Assembly: GCA_951406725.2 (NCBI GenBank)
Contig: OX597816.1
Coordinates: forward strand, 99,076,001 to 99,140,000
Direction of reading: 5' to 3'
DNA from: Octopus vulgaris
Taxonomy: Eukaryota
Length of the DNA: 64,000 bases
Under the pieces are notes generated by a model. The model saw only the letters and a program-made list of their open reading frames with translations, did no database searches and had not been told where the DNA came from. Position 1 is the first letter of the stretch, and each line of letters begins with the position of its first letter. Both the position numbers and the translations under genes were made by a program. Below, piece after piece: positions 41,762 through 54,480 of this stretch.

Positions 41762-42580
41762 CATGGGAATATTGATATAGATAGATATAACAATGACAGT
41801 GGTAAGAATAGTAAACTTATGGGTTGGTCTAGGAATAGGATTTTTACAAATAACAATAATTCGATAGGCAATCCTAATTCTGATAAGGATACACTCTGGC
41901 TGATTATCCCATATGCAATGCAGATTAAAACAAACATAGTGAGAGCTTTGCATAATGTTATATTTGGGCATTTTGGTAAGGATAAGAATAAATTTAGTCC
42001 TTTAATTAACAACGGTACTGTTAGAGTGGGATATAGCATTACTCATAATCTAGCCACCATTATCTCCTCTTTTAATAACAGGAAACTGGATTACTTCTAT
42101 AAGGATAGAAAATTGAATTTAGACAATGAAAATTTACCCCTCTTTAATAATAATAGGAACAGAAACTTTCTTGGAACTAATGTGAACAACCCCCTTACTA
42201 ATTATGAAGGAGGTAGTTTATACTAGAAGGAGGTAGTTTACCAATGCACTGTAGATACACAATTGAGTAGTAGGGTGTACATCAGGGCAACTATGAATAG
42301 CATAAAATAGAGATTGAATTATCACAGATATACTTTTAGAAATAAAAATAGAATGTACTCTACAGGGCTAAGTGCATACATCTGGGAACTTAAAAGTAAG
42401 AACTTAGACTTTAGATTAAACTGGAAAATACTAACTTCAGCACCTGTGTATAATGGAAAAATTAAAAATGCTCTCTATGTATTAATGAAATTTTTTTCAT
42501 TATTAAAGCGGGTCGGCAAATTATTAACAACATAAATGAAAAAAACTTCTACCGTTCACCTTTTCTAGATTCAAATAGAA
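41762..42580 (+). mobile_element. Degenerate PLE C-terminal / GIY-YIG fragment (different family from 33390)
   Basis: WLIIPYA...[16 protein letters not shown]...VYI, RLNYHRYTFRN...STGLSAYIWELK...WKIL. Confidence 0.85.
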
Positions 42581-44224
42581 CTTAGCACTTCCACTATTAA
42601 TAATTTTTTAACTCCCTTCTATAACTAACTATACCAGTGGTCTTCTATAATTCTAAAGTATGCAACTTATAAATTTATAATTTTATAATTTTTATAGCTA
42701 CATTTGTATAATAATAATAGATGTGTCTAGTATTATTTGTTTCTTGTTTTTTTATATGTGGGTTTTTGTTTGTTTTTTTAAGGGAAATGCAACACGACAT
42801 GAAATAACATATTCATTTTGGTATTTGCCTTGTAATATGTGATTTTTGAAGTTTTCTAATATTGCATAGTATATATGTATATCTTGGTTAGATACCTAGC
42901 TCTAGATAATGTAATGCTATTGTCTAATATGTAATATATGAGAGCCTTTTATGAGTTTGGTTTCTTTAGGTTGAGAATATAGGTTTTTTTTGTATGTGTT
43001 TATTTGGCAGGTTTATATTGTATATTTGGTCTTTCTTTGTACTCACCTTAATTTGTATCTTATGCTATTTACTAATAAACTTTTTTCATTTTTTCATTTA
43101 CATACATTTGGCTTTATAAATATTACCAGCCTTATATATTTAGTTTATATCTATAGTCCTCTGGATCTGTACTTTAAATTTTCCTTCCATACATATTTAC
43201 ATTCATCAATATAACATATATATTCACTTTATTTATTTTTTTATTTTATTGTAATGTTATCAATCTCTGCATTTAGTCTTCTAATTATTTATTTATTTGC
43301 TTATTTAAGTGTAGATTTATCCATACATATCAAGTCATCTAATTTGTTATCTATTTATTTTTTACTTATTTACTTATACAAGTGTAGTTTTATACACATA
43401 TCTATCATTTATTTTTATTTTATTTTAATAATATATGAATACATATATACTGGTTTGTACTTATAATATGTGTGTAACCGTAATTATTCCTTCTTATTTA
43501 TTTTATCACATTTTATCTTAAGTATTTATAATATAAAATTTTTTAAAATTTCTGTGATGTTCTCATATGCGTTTGCATTAGTACTTCCCCTTGTTGTTAT
43601 TATTTAATGCCTAATCTGGTATATTATGGCATTAAATTTATTAAGTAAATAAGAGATATATTTATAATATATAAATTAATATATATTTTATAACTTAGCG
43701 TACTTGGAATCATAACAAACTTACGGTAAATCTAACAACCGGTATGTTTACTATGCAACAACCCGGTGTTATAAATTTTAAGTTACCCAATGAAATAGTA
43801 TCTGACTTCGTAACATACTTATATTTAAAAATATATTTCTATCTTTAAATTATTTATTTTATGAAATACATGAGTGGATCATTTTTGTTATTTGAGGCAT
43901 AGTTATAATTTTGAAGGACTAAATGGCAGCATAGTTGCTTCCCTTTTTGTTTATCTATGTGCTAGTTGTTGCTTGTGGTTATGTATGTGTATAAGTGTAT
44001 GTGTATACATATAATTATGTGTGTATGTGCGATTGATCTGTGGATGCGCGTGTGAATATTGGCGTTCCTTGACTAACCAACCGTATAATTTCTTTTGTGA
44101 TTTAAATTTCAAACCACTAGCCAATCGAATTAATCTAAATTATCATTACCTAGTGGTCAGTATTTCTAAACTCATAGTTATTTCGATCTTGAAAGGATGG
44201 ACTTGGTGCAAACATAACTGTATC

Positions 44225-44261
<37 letters not shown>

Positions 44262-44596
44262 ATTAATAGTAATTTTTATTGACTTTTATAGCTTTATAAT
44301 TTTATGAACTGAACCATGGTTTTAATTATTATTTTTCATCTCCCTATGTGTTAGTTTTTTTAAAAACTATTAGCCAAATATGTATAATAACGGTGCTTAT
44401 TAATATTAATATATACAGTGATATATATTTTGTTTTATTTTGTTCTGTTTACCTTGCATTATTGTACCAATGAGTATTATATTATATAAGTGTAGCATTA
44501 TGAAGTTTATGCATAAATTTTTATATTTTACATTTTTATATTTTTATATTTATATGTATATGGTTAAATAATCTTTTTCACAATTATAACAAATTT

Positions 44597-44712
44597 AATT
44601 CTCTGAAGAGGCCGTGGGGCATCCTTGTTAATGCCTCATTTATACCTGCCTTTATGGCTTATAGGTTAAATGAGGTATGACTGCCCTCACTGCCGAAACA
44701 GCTGTCAGATTT
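44597..44712 (+). ncRNA. Type I hammerhead ribozyme with greatly extended stem II
   Basis: CUGAAGA (44603) - GGC...GCC - GAA - ACAGCUGU palindrome - C (GUC site, 44706); stem I AAUUCU/AGAUUU with one mismatch. Confidence 0.8.
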
Positions 44713-45085
44713 GATTTAATTACATATTATATTTGAAATTTTATACTTATATCTCTTTGTCTATTTACTTTTACTGTATATTTTGTATAATGCCTTTACT
44801 GATATGTAATGGTGTAATAAAGTATTGATTGGGTATCATCTGATAGTTGATGTTTTATTGATTTTAGTATGTTTCTCCATTTTCTAATTTTGTAGTATTA
44901 ATTTACGGTAATATTATTACCTTTACCCATATAATACAATAGATGAACTGATTGTTTGGCAATTTTTAACATCTATGTATTAGTCTTGTTGGGTACCTAT
45001 CTAGCAGTATATTGGATATATATTATCCCATGGTGGGTTGAATTTTCAACCCCTATCTCATTTTATAACCTAAATATATATATAT

Positions 45086-45351
45086 ATATTAAATTAGAGA
45101 TAAAACCACTAATAGGCAAATCAAAGAGTGAAAATCATAAACCAATATATATATATATATATATATATTAAATTTATAAGTATAAATTATTAATTTATGT
45201 AACTTTTTAAATTTTAACTTTAATTTAAATATTTTAAATTTTGAATTTTATATTTTATATATTTTTTATTGATTAATTTTATTTCTATGTATTGGTTTAT
45301 GATTTTCACTTTTTGATTTGTCTAATAGTGGTTTTATCTTTAATTTAATAT
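45086..45351. repeat. Imperfect inverted repeat, ~63 bp arms (45086-45149 / 45290-45351)
   Basis: gataaaaccactaataggcaaatcaaagagtgaaaatcataaaccaata and its reverse complement. Confidence 0.85.
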
Positions 45352-45492
45352 AATAATATATATATATATATATATATTTATACTATAAAATTGGATTTAA
45401 TCTTAAATCTAATTTTTCCCTGTAAGTTTGGATTTGCTCCCTAATATTATTATTATATATATATATATATTTATTTTATATGAAATCATCAG

Positions 45493-45547
45493 GAAGCTTC
45501 CTGATGATTTCATTTGAATGAAACAGTTCTAGTCCTGTAGAAGCTTC
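45493..45547 (+). ncRNA. Type I hammerhead ribozyme motif with complete stems I and III
   Basis: GAAGCUUC-CUGAUGA-U UUCA UU UGAA U-GAA-ACAG(UUCUAGUC)CUGU-A-GAAGCUUC. 8 bp stem I, GUA site at 45539; stem II is weak (U-U closing pair). Confidence 0.75.
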
Positions 45548-48500
45548 TTCTATAAAATAAATTAATTTACTCTGCTATGTATTGAGTACCTTATTTACTG
45601 TGGTTAACCCCGACTCAACCCGGGACATACATATATATATATATAGGTATATATATATATAGATAGATACATATGTAAGCACGCACAAGATGAAGAGTTA
45701 TTAGTAAGTTCTCTGTGGTCGGTACTCTATTCCAGGTAATCCGAAATCGACGTACATCAATCGATTTTGTAAATTGATGGTCTCATTACCAAGTTAAGAT
45801 TGTATGCTTTTACAGAGAGATACATAGAATAGACAGAAGTAATTGTTTATATATAGTTATTTATCATAGTTTTAGAGCTTTTCTACATTTGTTTGGTTGT
45901 GTTCATGGTTCAATCCTATCAATAGATCGATTGATTGACTGAAAATACAGGAAACCGGTACCCAAAGCTATCTCCTTGAAGGTAACTGGATTTAGAATCC
46001 AGAATGCGCTAGGGTCAAATGTTACTCTTTCTAATTTTCAGCTTAATCAACTACTACAATTACATCGATTAATTACACTGCTTTCTTTTGGTGATCTTAG
46101 CTTAAATGTTTAGCACTTCTTTATGCTCTTTTAAAATCTGGTCCCAGCTTTGAGAACTAAAGGAACACTTGTCAAACCAGAAAGCATTCAAACTGTTTAC
46201 AGTGACTAGTAAACCAGTTTGTTCAATGGAGACGATAGCTTGTGTAAATCGTCAAGATTCTTTAACTAGTACTCAATGGATTGTGTTTATTTTAATTTCT
46301 AGTAAACTCCAAGTAAAGACCCATTCTACCTGCCGCTTTCATTATACATCTTGTTAAATTATTCAACACTGTACGACGCTATAGTGTCAAAACCAATAAC
46401 AATGCAAAAATAGATTGTCTTAGGCTGTGCTTATCATAACAAGCACTCAACTCGTAGTGATTTGATGAACATCTGTGATTCAGCTATTTTTCTTTACTAT
46501 TAAGGGCTAAGTAAATATGTATATGCATGTCCATATAAATATGTCTGACCAAGGGTTTACACAGCATATGCTAAAAAAACTATAATGGAACTCATATCTT
46601 CATGTTGAAGAATCTGTCAAATGGATGTTTTTTTTAAACCCAATTATGATGTTACTTGTATATCTACTGCAGATTCTCTGAACTTTCTCAGAACTTTATG
46701 AGGGGTTGCGAATGGATGTGGGTCTTATATGATGCAATGGGTATGTGTTATTCAAAGATTGTATTTTGTATTTTGCATGTGATATATTTGTTTTATATAA
46801 GTAGATTAACAGGTGTAAATTGCTATTGCCGGATGTCGTAGCTATTTCATAATTCCCAAATAAGTGGTGTTAAACCAATGAAGTGTAGCTTACATGTAAA
46901 GATAAGATTAATAGTTCGGTTACTTACGGTTTATTTACAGCAGTTCATTTCATGCGTTAAAATATTCAATGGTTATTGAACGCAAATGAAACAGAATTAA
47001 ATTAAACTCGCTATTTGTGTATCATACGAAATACATACACACCATTCAGAGGCAATATATTCAATGGTTCTTCTCCTAGAGAAATTCTCTTCATAGGCAT
47101 GTCCGAAAAACACACTATATATCGGAGTGAGCTTTGTCAATATCGGGAAAACGGATGTCACTCGATAAGACAAAAACCGTACTTTCATATATACGAAATA
47201 ATGACCAATACATTCACTGGTATTGGGGAAAACGCGCTGAGCTTTAAAAGACATGCTGAACATAATTTTAAACGACATTAAATTAAGATCATTGTGGAAA
47301 GGTTGATGCCGTGACATTGTCCGAAAGAAAAATCTCTTCGTATACATATTGGGTTAAAATCATCATGAGTCACTGTTGTGGTGGTGTTCACTTTCCTCCA
47401 ATATATTCTATTTATGTCAATGAAGAAATTTTATCTTAAACAAAACCAAGAGTTGCATACCTTTCGACGGTGTATATGCAGTTGACAATTTAATGATAAT
47501 TTAATGCTTAATTTTTTGAATATTTTGTTTTAATAATAAATTATCAGATTATTTTATCTAAGTATGAAGAGCATATATTTTCACACGTGGAAAATAGAGT
47601 TTTGATGCCCTTTAAGGTGGATGTGAAAGAAATACGTTTTTGGCTTTAATAGAAAGTTTCGGCAAGTGTTATGACGATTTCTTATGAAAGAATCACAATG
47701 CAGCATTAAACAACTTCAATAACGTGTCGTGTTATCTGATCTTCGCTTGGATATTATAAAAATATGTAAATCACGATATACTTCTTAACTTAGGAGATGA
47801 AACTAGAGGAATGACTGTGGTGTAGGAAATCAATGCTGCATTTGTGTGCGTAGAATCAACTGAAGCACATTGCACATTTCAGCTGCTTTATACTGAACAT
47901 TTCTTGATAGTACGATTTATCTATAATTTGAATGATATCTTCAGATAATGATTAAAAATCTTCATCCACGTTTTCTCATTCATTTTTATTTGGTGAGAAC
48001 TTATGTGCTTTCGTCAACTGCAGAGCATCAATAACAGGATTGATTGATATTTCAGCATTTGATAGAAAGTAATAATTGTTCTTGAGAGGAAAAGCAAAAT
48101 TTAAAGTGATTTTTCAGCATTCATCTTAACAGTTTCCCATTACACTCTCGGTTGCATTTTAAGATCAAGCTGAATGGTTTTATTACTCGTAGTCCTATAA
48201 TTTGAAATGTTGGCTGGTGAGATTTTCTTTGTTAATAATTTACACAATTCTATATGCGAATATAATACAGTTAACATTTGCAAACTGTGCTTCGAAAAAA
48301 TAATTAATTCCACTGTAAATGCTTTTTAATGTTAATAGGTCAAAAGTTAAGATGTTGATGTTGGCTATGAATTCAGCAAATCATTATGGTTTATGATGTT
48401 AATCCTACAACAATAGGGATTTTCTATATTGAGTCATTCCTTTATGAAAACTATCACTTTAAGAAATCAATAAAGAACAAAAACTAAGGTTTGAACTAAC

Positions 48501-48635
48501 CGAAATAACAATGCGATATCAATTCCTGTTATAAAAAAATTATATCGTTAATGCATGCAAGGAACCTATGAATCTCACATATTCACTATGGTGATAATTT
48601 TGAATATATTGGGCACTTCTATGTTAAAAACAGAA

Positions 48636-48680
<45 letters not shown>

Positions 48681-49419
48681 TTATTTTATTTTATACCCAA
48701 CTGTGCAAAATGAAATATTTTCTAAAATAAATTTCTATATTCTTCATCTCATAATTTCCCCACATCAAAACATTACTCTTTAGTATCCAATTATTGCCAA
48801 AAAACGTGTCTTTTTTCATCAAATCAATGGTGAAGGCCGACGCAATTTCCCGAAAGATATTAAACATTCATGAGATACATGCTGTAACTCGTTGTTACGT
48901 AACAACACTCCTGTGAATTGTAAGAACCACAACCATAAAAGTATTTTTTCATTATTACTTGTTCATTTCTTTGTAGTTATTATCTCACCCGATTCAGCTT
49001 CGTTTTGTTCTTCGTAATTCCATGTATCTGTCATTTTCTTCTCTTTTTTTGCAATTAAATGTATATCTACTGCAAGCTGGTACTGTGCTATTGTTTATAA
49101 ATGCAATACATCTTCATTGCAATTAGTCTAGGTTCTTTTGTATTTACACATTGTAAACAGAGTTCTTTACTTATGCGATGTGTAATCAAAATATTTTCTA
49201 TTTTTTAGAAAGAATTTCGGCAAAGCAATTAAGATGTAATAAACCTAGTTTGGGTAAACTTGAAGCATTAGTAATTAACAAGTGAGCTACTTTTCCAAAA
49301 AAAGAAGAAACAGAAGATTTTATTTTCAAACTTTGTTTCTGTAAGTCGAATCTGGAGATAGTTGAAAGCATTAATTTGTGATGCATATAAATATAGTGCT
49401 GCATTACGTGTACCATAAC

Positions 49420-49454
<35 letters not shown>

Positions 49455-49455
<1 letters not shown>

Positions 49456-49833
49456 CCTTTCTATTATAGGCAGAAGACTTGGATTTTGTGGGGAGTGGGA
49501 TAGTCATTTACATCGACTCCAGAATTTAACTGGTACTAAATTTTTCGATCCAGAAATGATGAAAGGCAAAGTCGACCTCAGAGGAATTTGAACTCAGAAC
49601 GTAGCGACGGGGAAATACCTATTTCTTTACTGTCCACAAGGGGATAAACCCAGAGGGGACAAACAAGGACAGACAAACGGATTAAGTTGATTACATCTAC
49701 CCCAATGCGTAACTAGTACTTATTTAATCGACCCCGAAAGGATGAAAGGCAAAGTCGATCTCGGCGGGATTTGAACTCAGAACTGCTAAGCATTTCGTCC
49801 AGCTTGCTAACGATTCTGTCAGCTCGCTGCCTT
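49455..49833 (-). mobile_element. Dimeric Meta-domain-like SINE (family of 17690-17990)
   Basis: Two gatgaaaggcaaagtcga..ggaatttgaactcagaac blocks joined by the same linker as at 17820. Confidence 0.8.
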
Positions 49834-49864
49834 CATAATGATAGTAATTGTCATTATTGTTATT

Positions 49865-50820
49865 TTATTGTCTTTGCACAGCTTCTAATGCTGGAGATGT
49901 ACTACGGTGTCAGCTGTTCACTAACAGTGAACTGAGGTAACAACCCTTATTTTTCGATCACCATCCGCAGTATTCGTGTGGTTCCAAGCAGTACTGTTTT
50001 CTGCAGATTTTCCACCCTTATTGCACCTCCTATTTGTTCCATGTACTTCTCAACATTTTTATTCATTGTTCCCAGGGCTCCGACAACTATTGGTGCTACT
50101 ATCACCTTTTTCAACAACAACAACTGCTTAAATTCCCAAGCTAAGCTGTCATATCTATCGACGTTTCTTCCTTCCTTATCGCATACCTTGTTGTCAGCTG
50201 GGCATTTTATATCTATGACCCAGCTCGTTTGCTCGTTCTCAATTAACACTATGTCACATTTCCTATTCTCGATCTCATGGTCGCGCTGAATCATAAAATC
50301 CCATAGGATCTTTGTATTATATTTTTCGATGATGCCTTCATGTTTATGTTCCTACCACTCTTTTGCTCTATCAAGTCCATACTTGATAGAGTTATCTTGA
50401 TAGAGATAGCGATAACTTGGATTCTTGATAGAGATAACTTGCAAAGTTATCATGATGTCTCTTATATTCTTTCAGGGCTAGTGGCATACACTGACTGGTA
50501 ATATGCCATACGGTTTTACCATTTTGTCCACAAATTCAGTATTTATCACTTGCAGATGTGTTGTTTGTTCTGTATTTGATGTAATTCATACACACTGCTT
50601 TCTCTTGGGCAGCAAAGATTAGAGCCTCTTTTTCAGGTTTTAAATCACTTTTAGTCATCCTTAGCCATCTTTTTTCAACATCCCTATGAAATTGTTTATG
50701 CATTCTTTTCTTTATACACCTATTTCCAGTTTAATTCATTCTCAAGTACTTGTACGGTGCTTTATCATTGCAATCTTCCATCCTACATAAGCCTGACCTT
50801 CTTAGTTCCAATAATAGAGG
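49865..50820 (-). mobile_element. R4/Dong-type non-LTR element 3' fragment (RLE domain)
   Basis: LKPEKEALIFAAQE; RKCDIVL...VIDIKCPAD...RYDSLAWE...PIVVGALG...LQKTVLLGTTRILR. Confidence 0.85.
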
Positions 50821-50869
50821 TTCTGTGGCATTTATTATTATTATTGTTCTTGTTAATATTATTATTATT

Positions 50870-51305
50870 ATTCAGTAGTTTTATTTTTATAACGTGCTTT
50901 CACTTCACTACCGAGCGCAGCTCTTTGTATCTTGGGTATGTGCTGTAGATTGCGGTGATGCTCTTATGGTTACTATATTGAAAGTGATTTGCTTAGTAGT
51001 GCAATATTCTGTATGTTATATATATTTGTAAGTCCTGGTGTTTTTGTTATGTATTTGTTTGAATATTTTTTATCATACCTAATGCAGCCACTATGATAGG
51101 AATTGTTTCTGTGTTTAGATTCCACATTCGAGTTACCTCTATTTCCAGGTCTTTGTATTTTGAAAGTTTCTCCATTTCTTTTAGAGAAACGTTGTCATCT
51201 GCTGGTATTGATGCATCAATTAGAAAGCATTTTTTTGTCTTCCTGATCTCTGACAACTACATCTGGCCTATTGGCCTTAATTTCTCTATCTGCGTATATT
51301 GGCAT
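50870..51305 (-). mobile_element. R4/Dong-type 3' fragment
   Basis: ANRPDVVV..CFLID.SIPADDNVSLKEMEKLSKYKDLEIE; (TAA)n tail. Confidence 0.85.
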
Positions 51306-51382
51306 ACAAGCAGCAAGCCTGCTACGCATACCAGAATGCAGGAATTATAACAAAACCTGAAATAAAAAGAAATATGATGAGG

Positions 51383-51425
<43 letters not shown>

Positions 51426-51641
51426 CAACAACAACAACAACAGCAATCTTTAATCTACATTACGATCTACTGTTCGACGTCTTAAATGATACTACTACTA
51501 CTACTACTGTTAATAATAATAATAATAATAATAACATAAATCTCTAGATTTGGGAGGAGGACCTAGCATAGCCAAGATATGTAATTTTACGAAACCTTTG
51601 AGAAGAGCGGCGACAAGCTGGAAGTGGCATAGCAAATTTCA

Positions 51642-51721
51642 CATCACTGAAGAGCAGAAGAGTTGTCTATAAATATGATTTCATTATAGGGACAGCACTT
51701 CTGTGAAACGATCGTAAGATG
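51642..51721 (+). ncRNA. Type I hammerhead ribozyme motif with long stem II
   Basis: CAUCA-CUGAAGA-GCAGAAG...CUUCUGU-GAA-ACGAUCGU palindrome-A-AGAUG; one A-A mismatch next to the core in stem I. Confidence 0.7.
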
Positions 51722-52499
51722 CTTTAAAACTTAATTCAAAACATTTAAAATGTCATATATATTACATTTTTATACTTATACATATTTACATATATTTTTA
51801 TATATATTTATATTTTTAATACTATTTTACACACGTATATATCTTTCTAAAGAATTTTCTTATACTAATATCCTGATATTAATAATAATATATTACAAAA
51901 TATGTAACTAAGTTATAGAAATTTATAAACATCTCAAAGTTTTAAAAGGTTATCTATAAACACCCTCTCAAAAGTTTTATAATTTTTATATCTTAACTAT
52001 GCTAGGTTCTCCCCCTAAATCTAGAGTCCTGTAAATAAATTCGCCCCCACGTTGGAATTGCGAACTTGCCTGCTTGCTTCTTCCTCGTCTCCTTTCCATT
52101 CTCTCTCCTCCTCTCTTCCATTGGGTTCTGATTGCTGCCGTAATCTTTCACGAGATACGATGACCATTTAACACCTCTCTCCAAAAATGTGTAAGCCTTC
52201 TCTATTACTTCCTATGTTTGCTAAAACTTCGAGATGTTTATAGACGATTATATCTTAACTACGATGTGATTTTCCATAGATAAATTCCTTTATCGTAAAT
52301 ACGATGGGATGTTTATAGATAGCTTTTTAAAACTTTGAGATGTTTATTCTGCCATTATCTGTTGTCTAAAGAAATCAGGGGACACAATATTAGGACCCCT
52401 CGACTTTACAGTAATAATATAAGTATAGTAATAATTGTGAATCTATAATAGTGAACACGTAAATAATAAGATAAGGATTATATTAGTAATAGTGAAATT

Positions 52500-53930
52500 A
52501 GAATAGTGAACAAGTAAAGAAACACCCAAATTGATAATTACCCAGAATGATTAACAAGTGGCGTTGTGAAACCGTCGAGTCGTCTACGACTAAACCGGCA
52601 ACCCCACTAAGCTTACTCGATGAGGAGGGTGGATTTTCGACACCCTGCGCCATTAAAAATGGAAAGCGGCAAAGGGCAGAGGAACTCAGAAGAGTCAGTT
52701 GCCATTCCGAAAAAGGGTAGACAGAACTCATCAGCCAGGATTGGCAGTCTGTTTAGGAGGAGTAACACTCTGAGTTAAAACTGGGGTAGATAGGACTCCT
52801 TAGTCACAGTGGCAGGGATAAAAGCGAATGAACCGCGAATCGGGACTTAACATCGGAGCAATATTTGGATAAAGATATGGGACCAGCCGACGTTCACCTA
52901 TCTCCTAGTGAGAATCAAGATCATGGTTCCCAACTTACAGAAGTGCGAAGGGAACAGGCCCAACTTATGGGTAGTAATAGCTCTGCTGTCTTGGTTGACA
53001 ATCTTACTAGCCACTGGTTGTAGCTAACCTTAAAACACATACCTCAATGTTGAGTGAAAATGTCTAATACAAATGTATCAAATAATGGTATTAACGAAGC
53101 TGAAAACAAAGAGAAAAGGACTGTCGGCCGGCAGGTGCCCTGTGGTTAAGTAGAGAAAAAGTTGGGATAAGGAGACAAAACGAACGGTAATTAAAAGTCA
53201 GACCATTGCTGCCCAAGAGCAGGCTCCCGCTACCAATTCAGTGAAGTATAACATGTATAAATCTTCTGACACCCATAAATGCAAACTCTGTGGAAACAGT
53301 ATGGAAAATGCGACCCGCTTGGTAAGTGGATGTGAGAGCCTTGCACAAAAAGAAAACAAGCGCCGTCTCGATATAGTGTATCTGTACCTTCATTGGCTCT
53401 TATGCCATAAATACCAATATGAAGTAACAGAGAACTGGTATGAGCATGTACCAAGTAATGTTATGCAGGTGGATGAAAAAGTAACGATACACTGGGTCTA
53501 TGATTTCAGACGGATCATGTAATCGAACACCGTCGGCTGGATATTGTCATATTGAATGATATAGACAAATACTGTCAGATCATTGATGCAGCCATACCAA
53601 ATGACATTAATGTTGTGAGTAAAGAGGATGAAAAATTTCCGAATTGAAAGTGGAAACGGCAAGACTGTATGGAATGCGAGAGGGTAATTTAAAAAGGATA
53701 CCAGTGGTGATTGGAGCGCTAGGCTCAATCCCATTGGAACTTCAAAACTTCTTAAGGCAACTGGAAGTCCCATGCAAGATTGATGTCTTGCAAAAAGCAG
53801 CCTTATTAGGCACAGCACACATCTTAAGGAAAGTATTATCTATCTGATGTCCTTGTTGTGACTAGACGGATGACTAAAGACTGGTGAATTTTTACCTACA
53901 CTGCATTACGAAGGAATAATAATAATGATA
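52500..53930 (+). mobile_element. Internally deleted R4/Dong-type element: putative 5' region plus CCHC-like finger and RLE
   Basis: IAAQEQA, KCKLCGNSMENATRLVSGC, IPVVIGALG...LQKAALLGTAHILRKVLSI, (AAT)n tail. Assignment of the 5' part is tentative. Confidence 0.7.
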
Positions 53931-53954
53931 ATAATAATAATAATATGTATTAGA

Positions 53955-54480
53955 AAGCAAGAAATAATAAAAAAGATGGTATAGGCACACACCAGAAAAG
54001 GTCACAGTAAATGAGAAAGCAACAATACTCTAGGATATGCCAATACACACAGATAGAGAAATTAAGGCCAATAGGCCAGATATAGTTGTCAGAGATCATG
54101 AAGGAAAAATGCTTTCTAATTGATGTATCAATACCAGCAAATGACAACGTGTCTCTAAAAGAAGTGGAGAAACTTTCAAAATACAAAGACCTGGAAATAG
54201 AAGTAACTAGAATGTGGAATCTAAAAATAGAAACAATTACTATCATGGTAGGCGCATTAGGTACGTTAAAAAATTTCAGACAAATACATAACAAAAACAC
54301 CAGGACTTACAAATATATATAAAATTGCACTACTGAACACTGCACACAACCTACGCAAAACACTTTCAATACAACAACCATAAGAGCATCACAGCAAACC
54401 ACAGCATATACCCAAGGCAAACAGAACTGCGCTCGGTAGTGAAGTGAAAGCACGCTATAAAAATAAAACTACCGAATAAT
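53955..54480 (+). mobile_element. R4/Dong-type 3' fragment, same family as 50870-51305 in opposite orientation
   Basis: Near-identical protein and 3' UTR (gctcggtagtgaagtgaaagcacg). Confidence 0.88.
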
